The notes: generated from the letters alone by a model not told the origin. Positions 28,360 through 38,803 are shown, counted from the stretch's first letter. The stretch: 64,000 nucleotides of DNA from an uncultured Planctomycetaceae bacterium (GCA_963833985.1 CAWIAD010000001.1:224001-288000), one strand, 5' to 3'. Numbers and translations: made by a program.

Positions 28360-29917
28360 ATGCGTATTGGCATCCGGCTGGGTGGCTCACTGACATGGGC
28401 GCTCATTGCCGTCCTGGGAATGGCCGCCGGGGCTCAGGCCGCGGACCGCGTCATCATCCCTCTGGGTGGTGTGCTGGAAGATCAGTCCGGTGACCATCAT
28501 TTCGGTGTGTACGTCCCGACGCGGTTCGGCGGCGAGCTCACCGTGACGGCGACCGAGGGGCAGGTCGTCGAGCTCAAGGGGCCAAACGGACAGCAGCGGA
28601 CGAACGGTCAGGACGTTGGACTGGATCAGCACGGCTGGTACACGTTCAAGGTCGTGGGCGGCGCACAAGCCCTACAAGGTGGAAACCCGGTTCGTGCAGG
28701 CGGCACAGAGCCTGAAGAAACCCTGGAATTTCTACTACTGGCCCACCAAGGCGGACTCGATTCACGAGCCCTGGGCCGGCGGCAACGGCCGCGTGGACAT
28801 CGATTACACGATGCTCCGCGGCGACGATGAGTTGATCCGGGCGCCGGGGAGCTATATTCCGCCGGGTGAGGACATTGTCCGGGCCGGCCCCAACGGCTTG
28901 CTCGAATCGCTGCCGCCGGCCGGCGACGACGCCACGTGGTTCCCAAACCTTTACGACGACCTCACGTGGGTGGGCCCCAACAAGGAGAAAGGCGGCGAGG
29001 TCACGATCTTCCAGACGCCTTCCCCGTTGCTGAAGTATGACCAGATCTTCAACTCCCAGGCCCGCTGGTGGGAGTCGGTGAACAGTCAGAATAAGGAGAT
29101 CACCCGCTGGCCCGGCCACTGCCTGGGCGGAGCCGTGGCGTCGATCCTGCTGAACGAGCCGATCCCGGCCCCGGGAAGCGGCATGACGCGCGATGAGCTC
29201 AAGGCCCTCTGGGCCGAGCTCGGAGAGAACCACCTGAACCACCGCATCGGCGACTATGCCAACGAGATTCCCCCGGGCCCTCCCCGTCCCGGTCCCGATG
29301 AATGCGACTGGAAGGCGCCCCGCGTGCACGCCATGTTCGAGAGCCACATCCGCGGCGAGCGGAAGGCGCTGCTGGGCAACATGCGGGCGTTCCCTCCGCG
29401 TGGCACGATCACCGAGGTGTGGAACCAGGGAATCTACAAGTACGTCGCCGAGTACAAGGCCATCCCGCACCGCGGCCCCCGCGCCGTCAACATCAAGCTC
29501 GAGCTGCACACCAACTCGGGATCGATGCTCAACGGTCAGGACGACAAGGACCGCGTGATTTACTACGAGTACAACCTCGTTTACGGTCTCGACGGCAGGG
29601 TGGACGAGACCAACCCGGCCGCGGCGGACTGGGTCTCCGTGGGTGGCGAAGCACTCTTCGCCCCGCTCAACGTCCTGGAGCTCGTGGAGTCGCGCTGGCA
29701 AGGGCATAACCCCTACGTGACCGAAACCAACGTGCGGGCGCTCGACCTCGCCAACGGCGGCGGTGGCGGACGCCTGGCCGCCGTGGCCCCGCGGTTTCGT
29801 CCCGTCAAGGAGTACGAGGGGAATCGCTCCGTCTCCCCCACGATGTTCGCCTCTGGCAACTCGAACGGCGGACCTCGCCGCGGCTTCTTCGGCAGGTTCT
29901 TCGGACTTGGCCGCTAA
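28360..29917 (+). CDS. Secreted protein with transglutaminase-elicitor (GP42-like) domain (frameshift near 28660)
   Basis: Signal peptide ending AQA; PWNFYYWP, SPLLKYD, RWWE, WPGHCLG.A.AS, DELKAL, EVWNQ, YEYNL in the order typical of that family. Confidence 0.65.
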
Positions 29918-30319
29918 GCAGGAAACAGGACGTCTCCCAAGCCGCCCCGAGACCGAACGCCTCCCCTACCACATCGCCCGGCTCCGTCATCGGGTTATAC
30001 CGAACCGGAGCCGGGCGGTTTCGTTTCCGCGGCGGTCGCGCCGGTCCTCCCGGTCATCGCGATGGTCGCAGTCGGGCCGGATCTCGGAGTCGTGACACTG
30101 CCAGACCCGCACCGCTGGCGCCCGTCTTTTCGATTTCGTTATCCTCGGCACTGTTGTTCAAGTTTGCCGCGGCCGCTGGACGATCAAGTAAGCCGAGAGG
30201 GCCAGCAGTTCCAGAGCATGCGGCGCCGGCCCTTTCGCGAAGGCCGGACGCGCGGCCCCGCAGGCCCCTGGTCGGGTCGCAACTTGAGCATAGGGCGGTG
30301 GAACGAGCGAGGTGCAGCC

Positions 30320-30865
30320 ATGACATCGAGCGAAGCTCTTCCGACGGTCGTTCTGCCCCTGGAGACCCCCATCCTGGGGGGTCATCGTGGGCTGGTGATG
30401 CACGGGCTGCCGGTCCTGATCCTTGTTCCTCATGTGCGCCCGCAACCGGGCAGAAGGCCAATCGCCCCGCGCCGGACCCGACAGTCGCCAGCGCCCGGTC
30501 GATCGCGCCGGGCACGCCGGCGGCTCCGCCGGCCGGTCCGTATCGCGGCGTATGCACTCGTGGCCTTACTGGCGATGGTGCTGGTGGGCAGAGAGTGCGG
30601 ACCATCGCGGATCCCGCTCCATCCCGGATCGCGGCTGCTCTCGCTGCCGCCCCGCCTGGCGGCGCTCAGCTCGCCTGCCCAGGCGGACGCCAGCGACTGG
30701 CCTGCCGCGGAGGCCCGGCCCGTGCCTGGGTCGCCTTCCCCGGTGATGCTCTGGGTCGAGCCCCTGGGGTCGGCCGTCGATTCTGACACCCCTGCCCCGG
30801 TCGTGTTTCCGGGCTACCTGCTGCCCGACGATCGTCACGAGGAGCCGGTCCATGAGGGAAGTTGA
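30320..30865 (+). CDS. Hypothetical membrane-anchored protein
   Basis: GAGGT RBS; Arg-rich stretch then TM IAAYALVALLAMVLV; overlaps the next gene. Confidence 0.55.
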   Translation: MTSSEALPTVVLPLETPILGGHRGLVMHGLPVLILVPHVRPQPGRRPIAPRRTRQSPAPGRSRRARRRLRRPVRIAAYALVALLAMVLVGRECGPSRIPLHPGSRLLSLPPRLAALSSPAQADASDWPAAEARPVPGSPSPVMLWVEPLGSAVDSDTPAPVVFPGYLLPDDRHEEPVHEGS

Positions 30866-31661
30866 TGAAGCCCTGACGCATGCCTACGCCCAGCGCAGCG
30901 CCGCCAGCCCCGCGCAGTCCGTGCCTCCCTCGCCGCACTGGTTGGGCCGCACCGCAGGACCGCACAAGCCGCCGGGAATGATTGCTCAGCCCGCTCTGCC
31001 GGGCCGGACGGCCGAAACGGACCCGGAGGCAGCAAGCGTACTGGCCTGGCCAGGCATTGTCCTGGTTCTCGAGCAGCGCTGGGGCCAGCGCTTCGAGGAG
31101 ATGGCGGAACGGCTGCTGGAAGCGCGCGACCGGCAGCACCTGAAGGCGCTGCTGTTCACGAGTTGCCATCGGTCGGAAGGACGCACCACGCTGGTTCTGA
31201 CTCTCGCCCGCGCCCTGGCCCGCCGTCCTTTCCGCACCGTCATCGTCGATGCCGACCTTACCGGTCCCATGCTCGCGCACGCGCTGGGAGTCAGGACCGA
31301 GGTCGGGCTGGAAGACGTGGTGATGGACGGGCAGGCGCTCGCCGACGCGCTCATCCATGCGGTCGACGACCACCTCTGGCTCTTGCCCATGCGCACGGCC
31401 GCGGCAAGCCCTCGCGAGCTGCTGTCCAGCCCGGGCTGGTCCTGCACGATGGCCAGGCTGCGCCGGGAGTTCGACCTGGTGCTGCTGGACGGCAGCCCGC
31501 TCTTTACCGGTCTGAGCGCCGCGGTCCTGCACCGCTCGGTGGACGCCGCGGTGCTCGTCCACCATCGCGGTATGACCGGCGAGCGCGCCCTGGTGCGCGC
31601 GCGAGAGGTTCTCGATGCCGGTGGGATTCCCCTGCTTGGACTCGCCGAGACCTTTGTGTGA
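30852..31661 (+). CDS. CpsD/CapB (BY-kinase-like) P-loop protein
   Basis: LFTSCHRSEGRTT; IVDADL; FDLVLLDGSP. Confidence 0.8.
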   Translation: MREVDEALTHAYAQRSAASPAQSVPPSPHWLGRTAGPHKPPGMIAQPALPGRTAETDPEAASVLAWPGIVLVLEQRWGQRFEEMAERLLEARDRQHLKALLFTSCHRSEGRTTLVLTLARALARRPFRTVIVDADLTGPMLAHALGVRTEVGLEDVVMDGQALADALIHAVDDHLWLLPMRTAAASPRELLSSPGWSCTMARLRREFDLVLLDGSPLFTGLSAAVLHRSVDAAVLVHHRGMTGERALVRAREVLDAGGIPLLGLAETFV

Positions 31662-31701
31662 ACGGCGCGATCGGATGTTCGCGCAAAACCGTGGAGACGG
31701 T

Positions 31702-32502
31702 GTGTACGAGAACCACTTCGGCCTGCGGAGCCGGCCCTTCGACGAGACGACGAGCCCGGCGGCATGCATCGAGCTGCCCAGCCGCGCCGCCGTGCTCCGC
31801 CGGCTGTGCTACGGCCTCGAGCATCGCCGTTCTCCGGCCGTCCTGTTCGGCCCTTCCGGCTCGGGCAAGACGCTGATTGCCGGCGTGCTGGCGTCCCGGC
31901 TGGGCAGCCCCTCGGTTCACGTGACGTACCCCGCACTTCCCGCCGAGGAACTCCTGATCGTGCTGACCACCGAACTGTGCGGGCAGAGCCCGGAGCCGCG
32001 CTCGATGGCGACGGCCCTGAGTGAGCTGCGGGGCCGGCTGGCGTCGGCCGCCAAGGCCGGGCTGCACCCGCTGCTGATCGTGGACGAGGCCCAGCTCATC
32101 GCTGATCCGGCCTCCTTCGACGTGCTGCGGCTACTGCTGAACTTCTCCACTGCCGGGCCGCCCGACCTGAACTTACTCCTGGTCGGTACGGCCGAGATGC
32201 TGCCGCGCATTCCCCTGGCGCTCGCGGACCGCGTGACCGCCCGCTGCCTCCTGCTGCCCTTCACGCAAGAGGAATCCGCCGCGTACGTGGCCGGACGTCT
32301 CACCGCGGCCGGTGCGACGACGCCCCTCTTCTCGGCCGACGCCCTGGCCGGACTGCACCGTGCTGCCGACGGCCTGCCGCGCCGCCTGAACCATCTGGCC
32401 GACCTGGCGCTCTTGATCGCCTATGCCGAGGGACGAACCCAGGCAGAGGCCCACACGATCACCATCGCCGCCCGCGAGTTTCAGCTCGACGACGCGGCGT
32501 AG
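31702..32502 (+). CDS. ExeA/GspA-family AAA ATPase
   Basis: MYENHFGLRSRPF; GPSGSGKT; IVDEAQ; GLPRRLNHLADLAL. Confidence 0.88.
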   Translation: MYENHFGLRSRPFDETTSPAACIELPSRAAVLRRLCYGLEHRRSPAVLFGPSGSGKTLIAGVLASRLGSPSVHVTYPALPAEELLIVLTTELCGQSPEPRSMATALSELRGRLASAAKAGLHPLLIVDEAQLIADPASFDVLRLLLNFSTAGPPDLNLLLVGTAEMLPRIPLALADRVTARCLLLPFTQEESAAYVAGRLTAAGATTPLFSADALAGLHRAADGLPRRLNHLADLALLIAYAEGRTQAEAHTITIAAREFQLDDAA

Positions 32503-32579
32503 GGTTCAGCCAGGCGCTACGCATAAGTCAATGCCTGTGAAATAGCGATCAGTTGAGTGCATGCATAGGTTTGTTCCTC

Positions 32580-32928
32580 GTTCCCCACGCTCCGCGTGGG
32601 AACAAAGTTCTCACATATCTCATACCAAATTCTACATTAGTTAACGTTATATGTGTTTCCCTCGTTCCCACGCGGAGCGTGGGAATGCCGTCTGCGACGC
32701 TCGGCGTCGATTGGGCTCGTGCTGAGGCTGGGAAATCCGTGGGACGCAGAGCGTCCCGACCGGTGTTCCCACGCAGCACGCAGAGCGTGGGAACAAGTCT
32801 GTCGCAAACCGCTTGCCCCCCCCTTTCGTTAGTGCGGTTTTCACTTGGATCGCAGACTGAGACCGGGGGGCAGGCATTCCTGCCTGCCGGAGCAAGCCTG
32901 CCCTGGCAGACAAGAATGTCTGCCCCCC
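32580..32928. repeat. Cluster of REP-like palindromes from two families
   Basis: GTTCCCACGC...GCGTGGGAA(C/T) at 32580, 32664 and about 32766, with a GACGC..GCGTC partner; inverted pair GGGGGGCAGGCATTCCTGCCTGCC (32865) and GGCAGACAAGAATGTCTGCCCCCC (32905). Confidence 0.8.
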
Positions 32929-33069
32929 TTTCCAAAACTCAGAAGCTGCCTGCAACCGTCAGAAAACCGCCATAATGCTAGTTAAACGGTATTGACATAA
33001 TCACAATTTGACGGCAGGAACAAATCTCGCGAGCGCGTCAAGGAGAGTGGACGCGCTCGCGGGACGTTC

Positions 33070-34758
33070 TCACGGGCTCGTTCGGGGCCTGGAGTCGGAG
33101 ACAATCTTGCCCAGCATGGTCTGCTCGAAGCCCTTCAGGTCGGTCCAGAGGGTTCCCGGGCCAGCATAGAAAATGCCAAGCTTCAGATCAGAAGGCAGCC
33201 CCTGCGCGAAGACGTAACGCTCATACGCGTCCGCTCCGCCCAGGGCCTTGACCAGCAACTGGAAGCGCTGGGCCCTGGCTTCCTGCGACAGCTTGACCGA
33301 CTTCGCTCTGGCCTCGCCCAGCAGCCGCGTGGTCTGCGCCTCGATGGCGGCGGTCTTGGCGTCGATCTCGGCCTTCAGCTTCTCGGTCGTGGCCTCGATC
33401 TCCTTGGCCTTCTTCTCGCCCTCGGCGGTCGCACCGGCGACGAGCTTGCCGGTTTCGGCCTGCGTCCGCTTCTCCTCGAAGACCACTTTGGCCTTGGCCT
33501 CGGTCAGGTTAGCCTGTGCCTTGGCGGTCAATTGCTCCTGGTCGCGCATCTTGGTCAGCTCGTCGGCGATCTTGGCTTTCTGGATCGGCTCGCGCACGGC
33601 CTTGGGCACGTAAATGTGCCGCGTCAGACCGAAAAGCAGCGAGAGGTGCTTGGCGGTGAGCACGCGCTCCAGTTCCGCGGCGGACTCGTTCTGAAACTCC
33701 TCGCGGGTCTCGCCCACCAGCAAATCCACCGCGCCGCGGCGTGATCCATGCAGCCGGCAGATGGATTCGATTTGCGGCTGCACCACCTTCTGCTCGACAT
33801 CCTTCAGCGTGCCGAACTGGCGGACCACCTCGGGTGCCTGCTCGGGGAGGATTCCCCAGATGGCGGTGTAATCCATGTGGATGGGAAAACCGTCGCTGGA
33901 GGGGAACTCGATCCCCTTGCCCGCAACATAGGCCGGATCATCGGCCGTTGTCGTTCCAAGGCGATCGGCCTGGCGGCTGGCCGAGGTGACGCCCGCTCTC
34001 GGGCTGGTGCCCGTGCCGGCTTGCGGTCCGCCCTCGGCCTCCACCGTCAGACTGCTCTCGGCGTAGCCCACGCTGATGATGTTGATGCGCTTCTCCTCGG
34101 GATTGAGGAAGTAGATTCCCGGCTGGAGCACGCGCGGCTGGATGCCCCGCCCTTCCCCGGTGCGCGGGTCGCTGGCCTTGTTCGTGACCACACCGACGTA
34201 GCCCGGGGGGATGAGGGTGGGATCCTCGGCACGCCGCTTCGCCTGCGTGCCGGTCTCGGCGCAGGCGTCAACGTCGGCGATCTTGACGTCGAAGGCATAC
34301 TTGTTGATGCGGTATCGGCCCGGCGTGAGTACCTTGCGGAGGATGCCGCGATAGCCCGGCTCGTCGACGAGGTAAGTTCCTTCGGGCAGTGGCTTGCCGA
34401 TCTTGGAGACCACCACTCCGATCTTGCCGGGCGGGATCACGTCGTCCTTGACGATCTGGGTCTCGAATTCCAGCGGCGAGTAGAAGTGGCGGCCACTGCC
34501 GGGCATGGCTTCGAGGATGCCCACCTGAAGCGGCCGGCCGGCGGCATCCGTCTGGACCAGGATCCCCTGGGGGGCCTGGGCCGTCGAGCCGAACGGCCAG
34601 GGCCCCTTGTAGCGGACCAGCAGGCTCGACCCCGCCGGGACCTCGATGCGGCAGATCGTCCACTTCCAGAGACCGAAGTAGGCGGCCTGCGACAGGACCA
34701 CGATGGCCAGCACGGCGCCGGCAATTCGATTCAGGTTGCGGATCTGGAACAGGTTCAC
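33070..34758 (-). CDS. SPFH/band-7 (flotillin-like) membrane protein
   Basis: N-terminal TM; repeated G.....L.PG.Y..NP; FPSSDGFPI; AEA-rich coiled coil. Confidence 0.85.
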   Translation of the reverse strand: MNLFQIRNLNRIAGAVLAIVVLSQAAYFGLWKWTICRIEVPAGSSLLVRYKGPWPFGSTAQAPQGILVQTDAAGRPLQVGILEAMPGSGRHFYSPLEFETQIVKDDVIPPGKIGVVVSKIGKPLPEGTYLVDEPGYRGILRKVLTPGRYRINKYAFDVKIADVDACAETGTQAKRRAEDPTLIPPGYVGVVTNKASDPRTGEGRGIQPRVLQPGIYFLNPEEKRINIISVGYAESSLTVEAEGGPQAGTGTSPRAGVTSASRQADRLGTTTADDPAYVAGKGIEFPSSDGFPIHMDYTAIWGILPEQAPEVVRQFGTLKDVEQKVVQPQIESICRLHGSRRGAVDLLVGETREEFQNESAAELERVLTAKHLSLLFGLTRHIYVPKAVREPIQKAKIADELTKMRDQEQLTAKAQANLTEAKAKVVFEEKRTQAETGKLVAGATAEGEKKAKEIEATTEKLKAEIDAKTAAIEAQTTRLLGEARAKSVKLSQEARAQRFQLLVKALGGADAYERYVFAQGLPSDLKLGIFYAGPGTLWTDLKGFEQTMLGKIVSDSRPRTSP

Positions 34759-36467
34759 TTGGGATTCTCCTCGGATGCGGTCACCGGCAGCGGATCAATC
34801 ACCCTGGCGGCGTCCCGCGGGCGTGCGGCCTGTGAAACGGGACGCTCCGGGGCGTTGCCGGCGGAGCTAGACGTGGAATCGACCCGGGAGGCCCGGCTGG
34901 CTTCCGGCAAGGTGCGGGTCGGACCGCTGTGCCGGGTGAACTCGCTGAAGAGCTCCATGAGCGGCCCCTCGGAATTCCCCAGGATCGTGTGGAACGATGG
35001 GGCAAGCTTGCTCAACAGCAGGTTTCTTGCCATCGCCGCGCCGTCGCCTCCGTAAGCGGCCACCTGCGCGGTCAGGCCGGCCGCCTCGGCGGCATTGTCA
35101 TACCGCACCACGTCGGCCTCGGCCTCGGCCTTGGCCAGGATCGCGGCGACCTTGTCACGGGCTGCCTCGAGCTGCGTCTGCGCGACCTTCAGCTTCTGCT
35201 CCGAAAGGGTGACAGCCACTTGCTGCTCCTGCTGCGCCCGGGTCGTCTTCTCGACCACCTCCTGGCCGGCCTCCACCACCAGCTTCTTCTGATCGGCCAG
35301 CACCACCTCCACTTTCAGCTTCGCCTCGGAGACCTGCTGGAGCTGCTCGCGGCGATACTGGGCCAGCTTCTGCTTGGCCACCTCGCGCTGCTGCACCGGC
35401 TGGGCAATCTCTGGGGGCGGCTGGATCGAGGTGATGGCCACGGCCAGGATCTCGATTCCCTGCTTCTGGCAGTTCTGGGTCAGGCTCTTCACCAGGTCGG
35501 TCTGGAATTTCTCGCGGTCCTGGCCGCTGATGAACTGCCCGCCCATGAGCTTCGACCCACCCACGCGGCACAGCGAGCGGCTCTCCGGCGTGATGATCTT
35601 GGCGATGATCTCCTCGTCGATCGTGTCGCCGTTCGCGTCCTCGTTGTATTTCACAAACATCTCGGAGACCTTATCGGGCGCGATCCGGAACTCGACCACG
35701 CCGTCGAGCGTGATCGGGAAGCCGTCGGCCGAGAGGAAGCTCATCTCTCCCTCGAGACCCAGGTTGAACCGGCGCGAGCGGCAGTCCACCATGCTCACCC
35801 GGGTCTCATAGGGATTGAGGTAATACATTCCCGGTTCGAGCGTCCGCTTCTGCACACCGCGCTCGCCTTCCTCGACCAGGAAGACGTTCGGGTTCCTGGG
35901 CGGCGTACCGGCCAGCAGCGTGACCACGCCGCGAAATCCGGCCGCGATGGTCACCGGGTCGTGCAGCTCGATCGCCTCGGCGTAAGGGTTGTAAGGGTAT
36001 CGGCCCGGCTTGAGGACCTCGCGGAGGATCCCCTTCTCACCGGGCTCGGCGAGGATTTGCCCGGCGGGAAGCTCCTCTCCGGCCAGCGCAATCCGGATGC
36101 CGATCTTGTCGCCGGGGACCACGAACTGCGGGCTGATCTCCCACGACCAGTAATACGGGTTGAAAAAGTAACGGCCCTCGGTGAGCACGCCGTTGTTTGG
36201 TCCGCCGGCCTGGACCCCCTTGTAGTAGTGGCCGTCCCTGGGCGGTGGGGCCAGCTCCATGTCGGGCAGCAGCTCCAGCCCCTCGCGGCGGATCAGCACC
36301 GCCTGGTGGCCGGTGCCGACGTCGATCTTGCACGCATTGTAAGCGGTCAAAACCAGCCCCAGTCCCAGGGCGAGCAGGCCCCCGAAGACCATCGCACCCC
36401 GTGATCCGCCCCGTCCCGGCGGCCTGCGCCCGGCCTGCCTCGGGCGATCCTCGTCGAACGCGTCCAT
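34755..36467 (-). CDS. SPFH/band-7 (flotillin-like) membrane protein
   Basis: N-terminal TM; LTEGRYFFNPY, LKPGRYPYNPY, LEPGMYYLNPY; FLSADGFPI; AEAEA coiled coil; 4-bp overlap with its partner. Confidence 0.85.
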   Translation of the reverse strand: MDAFDEDRPRQAGRRPPGRGGSRGAMVFGGLLALGLGLVLTAYNACKIDVGTGHQAVLIRREGLELLPDMELAPPPRDGHYYKGVQAGGPNNGVLTEGRYFFNPYYWSWEISPQFVVPGDKIGIRIALAGEELPAGQILAEPGEKGILREVLKPGRYPYNPYAEAIELHDPVTIAAGFRGVVTLLAGTPPRNPNVFLVEEGERGVQKRTLEPGMYYLNPYETRVSMVDCRSRRFNLGLEGEMSFLSADGFPITLDGVVEFRIAPDKVSEMFVKYNEDANGDTIDEEIIAKIITPESRSLCRVGGSKLMGGQFISGQDREKFQTDLVKSLTQNCQKQGIEILAVAITSIQPPPEIAQPVQQREVAKQKLAQYRREQLQQVSEAKLKVEVVLADQKKLVVEAGQEVVEKTTRAQQEQQVAVTLSEQKLKVAQTQLEAARDKVAAILAKAEAEADVVRYDNAAEAAGLTAQVAAYGGDGAAMARNLLLSKLAPSFHTILGNSEGPLMELFSEFTRHSGPTRTLPEASRASRVDSTSSSAGNAPERPVSQAARPRDAARVIDPLPVTASEENPK

Positions 36468-36883
36468 GAAGTGTGTCCCTGAAAGAAGCCGTCGATTTCG
36501 CTTGCGCCGTCGGCTCAGCCGACCAACTTGCAGCGAAATTAACAGATCTTCGCCGGACCTGGGCGATTATTCGCGATTCGAGCGCGAAACCCACCGGGAA
36601 GCAAGCGCGGGATGCACTTCGTTTTCGATCAACTGAGTTTGAGCTGGATCCCTGTTTTCGATACCTGGCGCCAACGTCATCTCACCTGACGTCAAGGCTG
36701 ACTTCCGGAAGCCACCGCTGGAGGCCCATCCGGTCGGCGTTCCAGCCTTGGGTAACTGGTCTTCCTCTCAATCGGTTTTCGAGTTATGTGTAGTCAAGCA
36801 CCCCCGGCCGGGGCGGGGCCTGGAGGCGAAATGAACTGAACCGGCGCGGGGCCGAGTGCCGGAGCGGGGGCGCTTGCGGTCAT

Positions 36884-38401
36884 ATGCATCTCCCCTCGCC
36901 AAGGCCCGTTCGGCTTGAGACTGGCCACTGCCCGGCGGCGTGGGTCCTGATCTCTGCCCTGCTCCTGCTTGCCTGTGGGGGCTGCCGCATGGCGAGTCTG
37001 CCACGCGGCGAGCCTGCCGCAGCCGAACGGCCCGCAGCTCCTGCCCTGACTCGCCATGCCGCGGACCCGGCCGTGCTCCGCGTCGTGGGGCGGCACTTCG
37101 TCGGCCCTGATGGTCGCGTCGTCCTGCTCCGCGGGGTCAACCTCGGCGGCGATGGTAAACTCCCTCCTTTCCCCACGCCGGACAACCCGGCCCTGCTCGA
37201 CCGGTTCACCGAGCTGGGCTTCAATGCGATCCGCCTCCCTTTCATCTGGGAGGCGTACGAGCCGGAGCCGGGTCGCTACGACGAAATGTATCTTGCGCGG
37301 CTCGTCGCCGTCGCCGCGTCGGCCTGGGCACGCGGGCTGTACGCGATCATCGACATCCACCAGGGTGGCTTCGCTCGCACCCTTTGCTACGGCTGCGGTG
37401 CTGGCTTCCCCTTGTGGGCCGTCTCGCCCCGCGCCACGCCGCACCCGCCCGACAGCCGCGGTTCCAAGGTCTGGGCCCTCCTCGAGCTGACCGACCCGGG
37501 CGTACACCGCTCGTTCGCCGACTTCTACGCCGATGCGTACGGCGTTCGGGGGCGCTACCTCACCATGCTCGGGCGGATCGCGGGGGCCTTCGCCGCGGTC
37601 CCGGGTGTCGTCGGATACGACCCCCTGAACGAGCCCTGGGGAAACGAGCAACGGGAGATCGCCCCGCTCTACCGCGACGCCGCTGCCGCGCTGCGCGCCC
37701 GGCACCCGACGGCCATCCTTTTCCTCGAGGGGCGCGGGCCGACTGCCACGGGCTTCCGGACCAGGCTGCCCCACCCGGGCCTGGACAACATCGTGTTCGC
37801 GCCGCATTACTACGAGCCCCTGGCCATCTTGTGGCAGGACGGGGGTGGTCGGACCGCCGCCATCCGTCGAGCCTTCGGCCGCATGGAGGCAAAGGCGGCG
37901 GAATGGGGCGCGCCGCTACTGGTCGGAGAGTTCGGCATCCCGGGCGGCGCGCGGCGGGCTGGCGACTACATCGCTTCCCATTACGACCAGCTCGACGCGG
38001 CGCTCGCCTCGGCAATGCAGTGGACCGTCTCACCCCGCTGGTCGCCCGAGACCGGCGACGGGTGGAACGGCGAGGACTTCAGCCTGCTTGACGCCGCCGG
38101 TCGGCCGCGGCCGAACTACCGGCCTCGCCCCTATCCGCAGCGGGTGGCCGGCGTGCCCGTCTGCTTCCGATTCGAGGCAAAGGCGCCGCCGCGGAGGGAA
38201 CCGCGCCTGGAGTTCGTCTGGGCGCACCGCCCCGGCCTTGGGCCCACGGAGATCGTCGTGCCGGTCGGACTGTTCCCGCCGGGCTCGCGGCCGAAGGTCG
38301 AGCCCGACGACGCGACCTGCCTCTGGGACCAGTCGCACCGGCTCCTGACCTGCAACGCATCCCGGCCCGCGACGATCCGTGTCGTGCTCGAGTCGCCCTG
38401 A
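36884..38401 (+). CDS. GH5 glycoside hydrolase, endoglycoceramidase-like, probable lipoprotein
   Basis: LRGVN; IRLPFIWEAYEPEPG; DIHQ; LNEP acid/base; APHYY; GEFG nucleophile; RPYP. Confidence 0.88.
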   Translation: MHLPSPRPVRLETGHCPAAWVLISALLLLACGGCRMASLPRGEPAAAERPAAPALTRHAADPAVLRVVGRHFVGPDGRVVLLRGVNLGGDGKLPPFPTPDNPALLDRFTELGFNAIRLPFIWEAYEPEPGRYDEMYLARLVAVAASAWARGLYAIIDIHQGGFARTLCYGCGAGFPLWAVSPRATPHPPDSRGSKVWALLELTDPGVHRSFADFYADAYGVRGRYLTMLGRIAGAFAAVPGVVGYDPLNEPWGNEQREIAPLYRDAAAALRARHPTAILFLEGRGPTATGFRTRLPHPGLDNIVFAPHYYEPLAILWQDGGGRTAAIRRAFGRMEAKAAEWGAPLLVGEFGIPGGARRAGDYIASHYDQLDAALASAMQWTVSPRWSPETGDGWNGEDFSLLDAAGRPRPNYRPRPYPQRVAGVPVCFRFEAKAPPRREPRLEFVWAHRPGLGPTEIVVPVGLFPPGSRPKVEPDDATCLWDQSHRLLTCNASRPATIRVVLESP

Positions 38402-38564
38402 ATCGACGGTCCTCGGCCGAACCTCGGAAGGAAACGGGACCCGGGAAGGGAATCGTCCCGGAGTTGGCTTTTGAAGCTGGGGGGGCAGCTGCCAAACCGT
38501 CGATGACCACGGACGAAGAACAAGGGACGGGACTGAATAGGACTTGTTTAGCTCCTGACACTAT

Positions 38565-38803
38565 AGCGCGGAGCAATTTAACCGCTGTGATATGCGGCAC
38601 CTACAATCCAGTTGGATAACGCGTTGAATTGGTGGATGCCGTGCACCACTTCTCACAAGTACCAATTCCAGGATTCTGGATGCCTAGCGTGGGCGAACGT
38701 CGTTCGGCAAGCCCTCAAAAACGAGACGCCCCGCCTCAAGCGGTAGACCACATCGCCAATACTTGTAGGCCTCATCAAGTCTGCCGAATCCCTCGGGTGT
38801 CAT
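38565..38803 (-). pseudogene. Low-GC gene remnant with an internal stop
   Basis: GGAG RBS; MTPEGF...EAGRLVFEGLPNDVRPR*ASRILELVL (TAG probably from TGG), then decays. Confidence 0.4.
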
